A DNA stretch of 64,000 nucleotides from an uncultured Mucispirillum sp. (GTDB lineage Bacteria; Chrysiogenota; Deferribacteres; Deferribacterales; Mucispirillaceae). Under the pieces are notes generated by a model. That model saw nothing but the letters and a program-made list of their open reading frames with translations, did no database searches and was not told where the DNA came from. The translations under genes were made by a program, and so were the position numbers. The stretch is taken from assembly GCA_944325215.1 (NCBI GenBank), contig CALUZC010000016.1, forward strand, positions 4,231 to 68,230, read 5' to 3'. This document shows positions 9,525 to 20,200 of this stretch, piece after piece (position 1 is the first letter of the stretch; every line of letters starts with the position of its first letter).

Positions 9525-10508
9525 TTAGAAAAAGGAAAATAGTATATTAATAAATAGAGTATTAATAGCAATTGAAAAGGCAGGTGGATCTATATGGTTA
9601 CCACCATGATTCCAAAATACCCTTGCTCCAAACTCTTGAACAGCCATACCCATAACACCACCTAAAATACCAAATAAAATGGCAATATCTGCACCAAAAA
9701 TAGGTTCTGTATGTAAGAACATTAATGCCCCCACTAAACTAATAGCATGTGTTACAGGAACTTTACCTGTTGCACCTTGACCTAAAGCCATCATAGTAAG
9801 CATAATACCAGATATACCCCATGTAAAAAATAAAGGAACTGTCCATGCAGCTGCACTTGAAATCTTACCACTATCTACAAGTGGGCGTAAAACATCTAAT
9901 GTTCCAGCAGCAATAGCAGCAGAAACTCCACCCATAGATATACCTATCATCATTAACAGTGGTTTTGGTGTCATATAACCACACCACGATAACTCATAAT
10001 GATTTGTTCCAAAAATACCATGTTTTTCAATAGATGCTTTATTGCCAAAAGGACTTTCTTTTAAGAAAACTACTCTAGAAAGCAAAGAAATAATTATAAT
10101 AGAAATTGCACCAGTATCACCCTTTGCTATATATGGTATTTTTCCAAGAAATACAGCTAAATAGAATGATATAACAGCTGCTAATCCACCAACAAATAAT
10201 ACGTCCCAAGAGGTTCCCATAAGTGGTGTTACTATATCTTTTGCATTATTTGTAGGATGGTTGCCTCTTACTCCATGTGCATAAGTTGCAGCAACCACAC
10301 CTGATAAAAATCCACCTGCTGCAGGTCCAAAAATAGGTCCTAAAGCTACTTGCATTAATATAAAATCTGAACCGCCTGCAAGCACAACTAGTGCACCCAT
10401 AACAGCAATTGTTGTGCATAAAATGAATGCCCATAAAGCACCAATACTCGCTCCAAAAATACCACCACAAAAAGCATAAATAATGGTTAATATAACGCTG
10501 CTACTCAT
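9525..10508 (-). CDS. Polytopic integral membrane protein of unknown family (Gly/Ala-rich helices) embedded in the glp operon. It is not an MIP/GlpF-type channel.
   Basis: GGAGGT SD. About 8-9 predicted TM helices. No NPA motifs. It lies between glpC and glpK on the same strand with 16- to 70-bp gaps. Confidence 0.6.
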   Translation of the reverse strand: MSSSVILTIIYAFCGGIFGASIGALWAFILCTTIAVMGALVVLAGGSDFILMQVALGPIFGPAAGGFLSGVVAATYAHGVRGNHPTNNAKDIVTPLMGTSWDVLFVGGLAAVISFYLAVFLGKIPYIAKGDTGAISIIIISLLSRVVFLKESPFGNKASIEKHGIFGTNHYELSWCGYMTPKPLLMMIGISMGGVSAAIAAGTLDVLRPLVDSGKISSAAAWTVPLFFTWGISGIMLTMMALGQGATGKVPVTHAISLVGALMFLHTEPIFGADIAILFGILGGVMGMAVQEFGARVFWNHGGNHIDPPAFSIAINTLFINILFSFF

Positions 10509-10579
10509 ATAAACCTCCGTTATTTTATTTTTGAAATACTGCTACATATTAAATCCTCTTCCATTATATATTTGTAACT

Positions 10580-11782
10580 TTATAATGAATTATTTTCTAC
10601 CATATGCCTAATAACAGATACAGGATGATAAGCTTTTTGATTAGTTCCATGCTGAATCTGAACTTGGCATGTTCCACATTCTGTTGTAACTATTTCACAA
10701 TTACTATTTTTAATTGTATTAAATAATTCACTCCCAATTTCCATACCAATTTTATACTTCTCTTTTTTAAACCCATAGCTTCCAGAAATACCACAGCAAC
10801 CAGCTTGTGCATTCTGCACTTTGTTACCTGTTAATATCTCTATTAAATCAATACTTGGAAGACCTATGCCTTGTGCCCTTAAATGACATGGAGAATGGTA
10901 TATTATAGATTTTTTAGGCATATTGTATTCAAACTTAAGTTCACCACGTTCAACACAGCCCATTAAAAATTCTTGTGCGTCCATCAAACCACCAGAATAG
11001 TTTTCAAATATGGCTTCAGGAAACATTTCTGGAACATCTTTTTTAAACATTAATGCACAACTAGGACACCCTGTTACTATTGGAATATTTTTTTCTTTAT
11101 ATTCTTTTATTATTGATACATTAATTTTTGCATTTTTAGCTGCATCTTTCTTAAATCCATTAGAAACGAGTGGAAGCCCGCAACATACAAATTTTTCTGG
11201 AACAATTACTTCGTATCCTGCCTGATTAAATATCCATATCATATCAAGGCCTATTTGATAATCATAATCATCAACATAACAGCCGGGAAAATATACTATT
11301 TTCTTATCTAATTTAGGTTGTTTTAACTTTTTATAAACAAGCCTAAAATGTTTATCAAATTTAGGAACAGGTGCTTTTTTAGATATACCTATTCCATCTA
11401 AAATTAATCTTGTTACAGGATTATGCATACCAAAGTTTTTCAAAAATGTTGGTATATATTTAAAAATATCTGCCAAAAGTCCACCGTGACTTAATACCCA
11501 GTCACGTAATTTACCACCATTTTGAGCAGTATAATCACAACGTGCTTCCATATTTAATGTTGCAATTGCAACACCTTGTGGGCATGCTATATCACAGTTT
11601 TTGCAGTTTGCACAGTAATGCAGTGACTCTTCTTCTGCCACATCTAATAATCTAAACCTTTCATATGCTGGTCCTATAAGTCTTGGTCCTAAAAAATTAG
11701 GGGTAACTTTTGCTACTGGACAATGAACCTGGCATATTGTACATGCTATACATTTATCAGGATTAATATGTTCTGATGACAT
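10580..11782 (-). CDS. glpC: Anaerobic glycerol-3-phosphate dehydrogenase subunit C (Fe-S, CCG domains)
   Basis: AAGGAGA SD. It has two 4Fe-4S ferredoxin motifs (CIACTICQVHCP and CANCKNCDIACP) plus two cysteine-rich CCG-type motifs. Confidence 0.9.
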   Translation of the reverse strand: MSSEHINPDKCIACTICQVHCPVAKVTPNFLGPRLIGPAYERFRLLDVAEEESLHYCANCKNCDIACPQGVAIATLNMEARCDYTAQNGGKLRDWVLSHGGLLADIFKYIPTFLKNFGMHNPVTRLILDGIGISKKAPVPKFDKHFRLVYKKLKQPKLDKKIVYFPGCYVDDYDYQIGLDMIWIFNQAGYEVIVPEKFVCCGLPLVSNGFKKDAAKNAKINVSIIKEYKEKNIPIVTGCPSCALMFKKDVPEMFPEAIFENYSGGLMDAQEFLMGCVERGELKFEYNMPKKSIIYHSPCHLRAQGIGLPSIDLIEILTGNKVQNAQAGCCGISGSYGFKKEKYKIGMEIGSELFNTIKNSNCEIVTTECGTCQVQIQHGTNQKAYHPVSVIRHMVENNSL

Positions 11783-11796
11783 AATACATCTCCTTA

Positions 11797-13065
11797 TTAT
11801 TTACTATTTACTGCTGACAATGCAGCAGTGTAACCTGTAGAGCAGGCAACGCCATACCCTGATTTTTCAGTTGGAAAATCATAATTTCCTAATGTATTTC
11901 CTGCAAAAAATACATTTTCATATAATGGTTTACCATCTGCTCCCACAGCCTGTAATTTATCATTAACATTAACACCAAATTTGGTAAACTCATGATTTCC
12001 AAATACATTTTTTTCAGACCTATCCTCCACAGTTTTTGGAGCATCTAACTCTATTTTAAAAATTGATTCATAAACCTTTTCTGGTGTTGATAATATACCG
12101 CCACCTATTACACCACCAGTAGCAATAATATATTGTTCTGCTGTATATTCAGTTTCAACAGCACCTGCAATATTATTATGTAGTGCAACTAAACCAACAC
12201 ATTTATTATTCTGAACAACAGCACGTTGAACATTGCAGTTTTCAATAAATTTAACATGCAGTTTTTTTGCTTCACTAACCAATGCATCTCTTAATCTATA
12301 ACCGCCTACACCGGGTGGAATAGATAAGGATTCAACAACAGTTATACCCTCTTCAATTAATTGTTCATAATTTCTTGCGTAGTTTATAGTTCCACATATT
12401 GGTGGAATAATAACAGCATCATAGCCTTCTGTATATTTTAATAATTCATTTTTTAACCAGTTAAAACCTTCCTCTTTATCTGTATATCTTGCAATATCAA
12501 GGCAGTTTAATACCCTGTGAGTTTTACCAAAAGGTGATTTTAACACAGCATGTGAAATCTCCGCATCGGAAAATACTTTATAATGTTTTACCTGTTTGAC
12601 AGCCAAAGCAGTTTGAGCATCTTTTAAATATTCAACACCAATAAAAAGTATTTTTTTCGCATTTAATACTTTTGATGCATTATTAGATTCACTGCAAATA
12701 TAAGTAGGTTTTGTTGTGCCTACAATAGATATAGCTGTTTGGTTATTGCCATCATCACTTATTTTAATTTTATAACCATTGTTACTGGAAATATCTATTA
12801 AACTATTAAATGCATTTTTTATATTTGTTTCACCAATAATATTATATGGGTGATTTTCTGGTAATTCTTTTAAATGGTTATACGGTGAATCTGTTATTTT
12901 TTTACCATTAATATAACCTAAAAAATCTACTGCTCCACTGCCAATAGATAATACACCAGCACCTTCTGATAACACGCTTACAGATTTACCTGCCTTTGCT
13001 GCTGTAATTGCAGCCATAAGCCCTGCCATACCGGCACCAACTACGATTATATCACTATGCCTCAT
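11797..13065 (-). CDS. glpB: Anaerobic glycerol-3-phosphate dehydrogenase subunit B
   Basis: FAD-binding motif IIVVGAGMAGLMAAITAA. I chose the start at the ATG at 13065 (GGAGAAGG SD) rather than the track start at 13137. It overlaps the glpA 3' end by 11 nt. Confidence 0.88.
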   Translation of the reverse strand: MRHSDIIVVGAGMAGLMAAITAAKAGKSVSVLSEGAGVLSIGSGAVDFLGYINGKKITDSPYNHLKELPENHPYNIIGETNIKNAFNSLIDISSNNGYKIKISDDGNNQTAISIVGTTKPTYICSESNNASKVLNAKKILFIGVEYLKDAQTALAVKQVKHYKVFSDAEISHAVLKSPFGKTHRVLNCLDIARYTDKEEGFNWLKNELLKYTEGYDAVIIPPICGTINYARNYEQLIEEGITVVESLSIPPGVGGYRLRDALVSEAKKLHVKFIENCNVQRAVVQNNKCVGLVALHNNIAGAVETEYTAEQYIIATGGVIGGGILSTPEKVYESIFKIELDAPKTVEDRSEKNVFGNHEFTKFGVNVNDKLQAVGADGKPLYENVFFAGNTLGNYDFPTEKSGYGVACSTGYTAALSAVNSK

Positions 13066-14659
13066 AACCTTCTCCATCAAAATTAAGTGTAGAAATATAA
13101 ATCGCCCTTGTAAGTTCAGCTTCACGAAGCTGACCACCCCATAACGCAGGCCTTAAACCATTCCAGCGTTCCTGCAAGAAGTTTTTAATGTTATCTGTTG
13201 GTTTAAGTTTCATCTCAATATTTTCATTTTCAAGGGCTGCAATAGCTCTTAAAGAACAAAATGTTCCTTGACATGTACCCATACCAAGCCTTGTTCTAAG
13301 GCGTATATCATTTAAATAGTATGAAGCATCGTCGCCAGCAACATATTTTATTTCTGATAATGTTACCATTTCACATTCACATACTATTTCATTTTTTTCT
13401 TGATTTTTTTCCATATTATCAAGAACTTTAACAAAATCAGCTCCTATTCTGTCTGCAACTATTTTAACTGCACCTTGTGGAAAATATTTTTTTGCTTTAT
13501 TTATAGTTTTTTCTGTAATATCAGGAATAATTGGCTCAACTGCTGTTCTACATTTTGTACTTACACCAGCCATATTTGCAACAACATCAGTCACTTTTTC
13601 AGCCATAAGCCTATATGTTGTCAACTTGCCACCAAAAATAGATACAAAACCATATAAACCTTCATCGGTATGATTTACTATATTAAAATTACGACTTGCA
13701 TTTCTACCTGCCCCTTTTGCACCGTATAATGGTCGTGTTCCTGCAAATGCACGTAAAATCCTATAATCATCTACATAAGGAAAAACTGCTCTTCCTATAT
13801 CTAATAATTTTACTATTTCCTGGCTTGTAGGTGTTTTATCATCTGGAGTATTAGCTTCTGCTGATGTTGTTCCAAGAATTGTAACAGAGCCATGTGGAAC
13901 AAAAATATCTCCATCAGAACTTTTATGCAGCCTGTTGATTACTCTTGATGTGAACCTGTGGTTAAAAACAAGCAGTGTTCCTCTATCTGGAGATATAGGT
14001 AGTGGAGCAAGACCTGATAATGCAACCATTTCCCCAGCCCATGAACCTGATGCATTAATTATATAATCACAGCCAAACTCTACTACTTCATTTGTAACTC
14101 TGTTTAATGCCTTTACACCTTTAATCTTGCCACTTTCTGTCACTATTTCAATTACTTTATGGTATGTATATAATTCACCACCATATTTTCTTGCACTCAT
14201 CGCATTTTGCCATACTAAACGGAAACCATCTATGCATGAGTCCGGCACTCTATAAACTTTTGAAATATCTCTTGATAAATTAGGTTCTAAACGAAAGGCT
14301 TCATCTAATGGAACTTCTTCTGTTTTAATACCAGCTGTTTTACAACCTTCCAGCCATTTTGGAATAAATTCTGAATCATCTTGAGGGGTTTGAACAAAAA
14401 AACCTTCTGTCAACTCAACACACTGCTTACCAATTTGACGAAGAATCATATTTTCTTCAATACATTCTTTGGCAGAGTCATTATCATTTACAGCATACCT
14501 TGCTCCACTGTGCAAAAGACCATGAAATCTGGAACTTGTGCCGTATGCTAACCCACCCTGTTCAAGCATTATGGCAGGTATACCACGCATACTTAAATCC
14601 CGTAAGACTCCACTACCAGTTGCACCCCCACCAATTATAATAACTGTGGTAGTAATCAT
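13055..14659 (-). CDS. glpA: Anaerobic glycerol-3-phosphate dehydrogenase subunit A (FAD, with a C-terminal BFD-like 2Fe-2S domain)
   Basis: GTGAGGT SD. N-terminal dinucleotide-binding motif VIIIGGGATGSGVLRDL, and a C-terminal BFD-like cysteine cluster CECE...C..C. Confidence 0.9.
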   Translation of the reverse strand: MITTTVIIIGGGATGSGVLRDLSMRGIPAIMLEQGGLAYGTSSRFHGLLHSGARYAVNDNDSAKECIEENMILRQIGKQCVELTEGFFVQTPQDDSEFIPKWLEGCKTAGIKTEEVPLDEAFRLEPNLSRDISKVYRVPDSCIDGFRLVWQNAMSARKYGGELYTYHKVIEIVTESGKIKGVKALNRVTNEVVEFGCDYIINASGSWAGEMVALSGLAPLPISPDRGTLLVFNHRFTSRVINRLHKSSDGDIFVPHGSVTILGTTSAEANTPDDKTPTSQEIVKLLDIGRAVFPYVDDYRILRAFAGTRPLYGAKGAGRNASRNFNIVNHTDEGLYGFVSIFGGKLTTYRLMAEKVTDVVANMAGVSTKCRTAVEPIIPDITEKTINKAKKYFPQGAVKIVADRIGADFVKVLDNMEKNQEKNEIVCECEMVTLSEIKYVAGDDASYYLNDIRLRTRLGMGTCQGTFCSLRAIAALENENIEMKLKPTDNIKNFLQERWNGLRPALWGGQLREAELTRAIYISTLNFDGEGYEA

Positions 14660-14895
14660 AATAGAACCTCACTTAAATATTTATTACCTTTTAAATATAT
14701 ATAAAGTTTAAAAATATTTCAAGAATTTATTTAATAATTATAACAATATTTTAAAAGATTATTAAACAATTATAAATAAAATGTTTTTTTATTAAATTAA
14801 ATTAAAAATAATTGTTATTTAAGATAAAAAAATAATAAAAAAACATAATTTAAAAGAAATTTTTAGTATAAAATAAAACAAGGTTTATAATTATT

Positions 14896-17214
14896 TTAAT
14901 TTTGTAATATATCTACTGTAAAATTAACTGATGAAGAACGCCCTAAATTATCTGTAACAGTTAAAGTATGAGCACCTATATCTGCATACCAAAAAAATGG
15001 CTCACCTGCAGCTTTGGTTCCAAGAAATCTATTATCAACAAAGTAGTATAAAATTTTTGCATCATTATCTGATGTAACTCTAAAATATATATCTTTTTTT
15101 TCACGAGTAATACTGTATACTGAATTTTCTGAAGGCAATAAAATATTTGGTGGATTACCTGTATTTGCAATATAATTAATTTTACAGCCAGGCATAAATT
15201 GTGGTGGCTGCTTTTTTTGAATACCAGACTGTTTAAAAAGCTTATTAATATCTGATGGCCAAAATTCAAATACCTGCATTTCTGTAGTTTCTTCATTGTA
15301 GCTGCATGCTCTAAGTCCTGTTGCTTTATCTATAGGTATACTTCTATATACATCTGTTACTTTTATAGGTGAGACACCTGGTATAAAATAACCAAGCTCT
15401 TTATGGGGGCAGTATTTATTTGGTAAATCCCCAGTGGGAGCACATATTTCCACTTTTTTTATATTAAGTTTACCTTTAGGAAATATTCTAGTATATTTTT
15501 CATTCATGGTATACTTTAAAGCTGATGCTGTTTGAAAAAAAAGTTTACCTGCAGATGTCCTACCTAAAAATACATTATTACCTTGTCCGTTAAAGTTACC
15601 AACCCAAACTACAAGAATGTATTTACCTAAAATACCAGCACTCCATGCATCTCTAAATGCATATGATGTGCCTGTTTTCCATGGTATAAAATCATTTTGA
15701 AAAGCATCTGTAACAGGTGGATTATATGATAGCATATCCATAACTAAAAAAGATGCTTCTTTTGAAAACATTCTATAACTATCTTCTTCGCATTTTAAAT
15801 CTGTTTGGTAATTTATACATTTTTCTTCTCCAAAATTGGCAAGCCCAGCATACATTTTTGCAATATTTTCCATTGTAACTTCAAATCCACCAATTGCTAA
15901 AGATGTTCCATAATATTCTTCTGGTTGTAACTTCTCTACCCCTGAATAGTATAGTAAATCATAAAAAGATGATTTTGGAAGCTTAGTTAATAGTTCAATT
16001 GCTGGTATATTTCTGGAATGTATTAAAGCATCTCTTGCAAAAAGTGGTCCTAAAAATCCTCTGTCAGAATTTTCTGGTGAATATGCTCCATACTGTCTTG
16101 GAGCATCTTTCATTAATGATTTGGGGTGAATTAACCCATTATCTATACCAAGTGCAAAAATAAATGGTTTTAGTGTAGAACCAGGTGAACGCATAGCTTC
16201 TATACCATTTACCTGCCCTTCTATTTCATTATTAAAATAATCAGCAGAACCAACATATGCAGCTACTTCCATAGTTTCATGATTTAATAAAATTGCAGAA
16301 GCATTATAAATTCCTATATTTCTATGTTCTATTATAAAATGTTTAACGGTATCTTCTAGTAATTCCTGCATATTAAGATTAATGGTTGTATTGATTTTAC
16401 CACGCAATCCTCTGCTTAATAGATAGTCTGTTAAATGAGGTGCTTTAAAAGGCATATGAGATGGTTGACGAACCATTATTTCCATGTTAATTACAGACTT
16501 TAAGTCTTCATCTTCTTTATGTTTTTCTAACCATAGAGGAAATATACGTTTACGGCTGTTGATGCTTTCTGCCATACCATAACTTGTAGTAGGTGCCCTG
16601 TTGTTAGGATTTTGCGGAATAATAACAAGAGCAAAACTTTCAAATAAAGTCATATCTTTAGATGGTATATTGTAATAAATTGCAGAAGCTGCCTCTGCTC
16701 CTTCTATATTATGACCATAAGGCGCTAAGTTAAGGTATGCCTCAAGAATTTCTTTTTTACTATACTTTATTTCAAGTAAAACAGCATGAAACATTTGATT
16801 TATTTTGCCAAAAAATGATTTTGAATTGATTTTATATTTTAATCTTGCTAGCTGCATAGTAATAGTAGAGGCACCATACGGGCGACCATTATCTTGAAAT
16901 AAAGAATATACTGCCCTTAACACTGAAATTGGATTGATACCAAAATGATAATAAAAATATCTATCTTCATACATTAAGGTAGATTCTTTAAGATACGGCG
17001 AAATTTCATCAAGTGGAGAATAAATCCTATAAATTCCATCTTGAGCAAGAGTAAGCCTTAAAAGATTACTTTCATTATCATAAAAAGCAGTGGAAAAGCT
17101 TACATCTTCAAGAATTGGTTTAGCAGTTATCTTTAAAATGATTGATGTTAGTATTAATAACATACCTATAAAGATAACTGCATAATTAATATAATATATT
17201 TTATTCCGCATCAT
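14896..17214 (-). CDS. pbpC: Penicillin-binding protein 1C (bifunctional GT51 transglycosylase / transpeptidase, PbpC-type)
   Basis: N-terminal TM segment. GT51 motifs EDRYFYYHFGINP and RLKY. Transpeptidase motifs STLKPF and KTGTS. It has the PBP1C-specific C-terminal domain. The start ATGATG overlaps the stop of the alpha-2-macroglobulin gene. Confidence 0.85.
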   Translation of the reverse strand: MMRNKIYYINYAVIFIGMLLILTSIILKITAKPILEDVSFSTAFYDNESNLLRLTLAQDGIYRIYSPLDEISPYLKESTLMYEDRYFYYHFGINPISVLRAVYSLFQDNGRPYGASTITMQLARLKYKINSKSFFGKINQMFHAVLLEIKYSKKEILEAYLNLAPYGHNIEGAEAASAIYYNIPSKDMTLFESFALVIIPQNPNNRAPTTSYGMAESINSRKRIFPLWLEKHKEDEDLKSVINMEIMVRQPSHMPFKAPHLTDYLLSRGLRGKINTTINLNMQELLEDTVKHFIIEHRNIGIYNASAILLNHETMEVAAYVGSADYFNNEIEGQVNGIEAMRSPGSTLKPFIFALGIDNGLIHPKSLMKDAPRQYGAYSPENSDRGFLGPLFARDALIHSRNIPAIELLTKLPKSSFYDLLYYSGVEKLQPEEYYGTSLAIGGFEVTMENIAKMYAGLANFGEEKCINYQTDLKCEEDSYRMFSKEASFLVMDMLSYNPPVTDAFQNDFIPWKTGTSYAFRDAWSAGILGKYILVVWVGNFNGQGNNVFLGRTSAGKLFFQTASALKYTMNEKYTRIFPKGKLNIKKVEICAPTGDLPNKYCPHKELGYFIPGVSPIKVTDVYRSIPIDKATGLRACSYNEETTEMQVFEFWPSDINKLFKQSGIQKKQPPQFMPGCKINYIANTGNPPNILLPSENSVYSITREKKDIYFRVTSDNDAKILYYFVDNRFLGTKAAGEPFFWYADIGAHTLTVTDNLGRSSSVNFTVDILQN

Positions 17215-20200
17215 TTATAGCAAAGTTAAAGTTATTACCAACTGCATAAATATCCCTGTTATATAAGCTTTCACCATATGTTGGAGGGACTAAATATTCA
17301 CCAGAGGAAAGCATTTTTAGTTTATAAGTAATAGTTTCATCATAATCATTATACATATTTAAATATATTATTGCTCTATCTTCTCTAAATTCATGAAACT
17401 CATAAGCCCTTGGAACATTTACACCATTTTTAGTAAGAATTTCTGTTCCACCAGGAATTAAATCTGTTATTGCTATCATGGTTTTTTCACCATAATGACT
17501 ATCATTTCTAGATATTTTTATAGATACTGTAACTTCATCGCCTTGTTTAGCACTAGTTATTTTCTCACCATTTTTATCATAAAATGTTTTTGTAATATTT
17601 AATCCCTTAGATTGTTTAGATGGCAACTCTTTATCATAACCAGTGGTCGTAATATGGTAATAATAGCCAACTGGATTATTCTCTTTAAATGAAACATTTA
17701 TTTCTTTTATTTTTGCATCAAACTCAGCTTTATTTTTATTTGTTTTATCAACAGTAATTCCTTTTCCTGCATCTGCATATGTAGGCATATCGTCTGCAGA
17801 TTTGCCCAAACCATAAAGAGCAGCAAATGAAAATGCACTAGAAAATGAATTATAATAACCTTCATTAATATCATCAAGTAACCGTTTTACTAATATTGGA
17901 TTCGCCTTAACAATATCTGGTGCATGGCGGCCTGCAAGGTAAATATATCTTGCAGTATTAGTTAATGAATCATCAAAATCGTATCTAAATAAATATTTAG
18001 TATATTCTGGAATTGATGACTCCAGTAATTTTCTACCTTTTTCTTCATTTTTATAAAGTATATATGTAGCACCCATATAAGCTGCTGTTAATGAGCTTTC
18101 CCAGTTATCATATTTTTTAGATAAATAATCTTCTAAAACATTTAATGCTCTTGCAGAAACAATACCATTTCTTGCAAGCAGATATGTGGCAAAAGCTATA
18201 TCTTGAGCATCTTCAAGATATTCAGGTCTGCTGTTGCTTATACTTTTTAAATAATCAATAGCATTATTATAAAGGCTGTTTGGCACATTATAACCAAGCT
18301 CTCTAGCATCAATTAAAAACTGTGTTGCATATATTGCTGGTAAATCATAAACATAGGAGCCACCATTCCAATATGTAAATCCATTTTTACCTTTTTGTCT
18401 TGATGTTAATTCTTTAATATAAGCTTCATAAACATCTTGGACTTCTTTTGTATTTACATTTTTATCAGTAGTTGCAAGCATTACAACAGGGTATATTTTA
18501 CTTGTAATTTGCTCTGTGCAGCCATATGGGTAGTATTTTAAATAACTTCCAATACCTGCAACCGCATACAATGGATTAGCTGATACCATAACTTCCCTTT
18601 TAGCAGCTAAGTTATGCATATTACGATTAGGAACTTTAAGAGAAGCATCTTTACTTTTAAATGAACCTACTGCAATTTCTGTTCTATATGGAACAACAGG
18701 ACGAATAGATGATGTTATTTTAGTCTGCAGTGGTTTTTCTAAATTTTTATTTTCAACTTTTAAGGTAATCTCACCACTTCCAAGCTCATCTGTTACTACA
18801 ACATCAAAAATAACTAAAGCCTCGCCACCTTCTTTTACTGTTACTGTCTTAAAGTTATCTCCAACTATATTAAAATGTTTAGATGGAACAGCTGTAATTT
18901 TAATATCTTCCTGTGCCTGCTTTCCTATAAGATTTGTTACTCCAACAGACATTCTAAACTTATCACCTTGAACTGCAGCATAAGGCATATTAGGTGTCAA
19001 AACAACCGGTGAACGTGATATAAATGAAGTTTCACTACTTCCTACACCATCTTTAGAAACAGCAACTGCCATAACTTTAATAGAACCATGAAAATGTGAT
19101 GGAACTTTTACTGTATATTTATTTTTATCACCTGCTTTCACATCAATAATTTTAGACCAAAAAACTGCAGGTTTTTCAACAACTCTTGCAAATGGATTTA
19201 GTCTTTTTGCTGCCATTTTTGCCATTACTGCATCTTCACCACCACCAACACCATACACATCGCTTAAAATATTATAATCTGGTAGAATTAAATCTGCAGT
19301 TTGAGTTGTTCTAACAGATAAGGCAACCTTTCTCATAAAATAATTTAATGGATCAGGTAATTTATAACCTGCCACTTGAAGAATACCTTCATCTACACCA
19401 TAAATAATAATTTTACCATTTTTAGCAGCACTGTATTCTACTGTTATATTATCTCCCGGCATAACTATCTCTGGTGTTTTTAAAGTTATATCTATTTTTC
19501 TTTTTGATTTATCAATAGAAAATGGCATTACTGCATAACTTAATGGCTTTGTAAAAATATCTTTAGAAGTAATATCTCGAACAAATGTTACATTAATATA
19601 TCCGTTACCTTCTAAATCATTTGGAATTTTTATACTTTGTGTCATGGTATTAGTATTACTTTTAAACCATTTATACGTATATACTTTTTCTTTTTCAATT
19701 GTTATTAAACCATAACCTGAATAAGGAGCTGTTATACTTAAGTTAACAGTATCGCCTGCCTTATACTCTTCTTTATCAAGTTTTAATAAAAGTTCTGATT
19801 CTTGTGCAACACTTGTATCAATATCTTCATTACCTGCAACATAATAATCAACCTTGCCTACAACAATATTATCTTCATTAATGACTTCATACACAAAGTC
19901 GCCTGCAATATTTGTTGGAAGATTTATATTTGTTCCCTGTTCTGTAATAGAAATATTACCACTATTTATAACATTATAACGTTTAACATTGCTGTATCTG
20001 TATCTACCATATGAATCTTTTATTAACTGGCTTGAATAAGTTATTTGAGATACTCTATACCGCATATCTGGCTTACTAATTTTATTTAAATTGCTATCTA
20101 CTGCAATAAAATTAACAGATGCTTTTTCATTAGTATTTAAAAAATATAAATAACTATCAGTAGTATATCCAACCAAATAATCAGATGGCGATACTTTTAC

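Noticed and set aside
9525-10508. Calling the glp-operon membrane protein GlpF (an aquaglyceroporin)
   Set aside because: There are no NPA motifs and no MIP-family signature. The protein is 327 aa with a different helix pattern. I left it as unknown.
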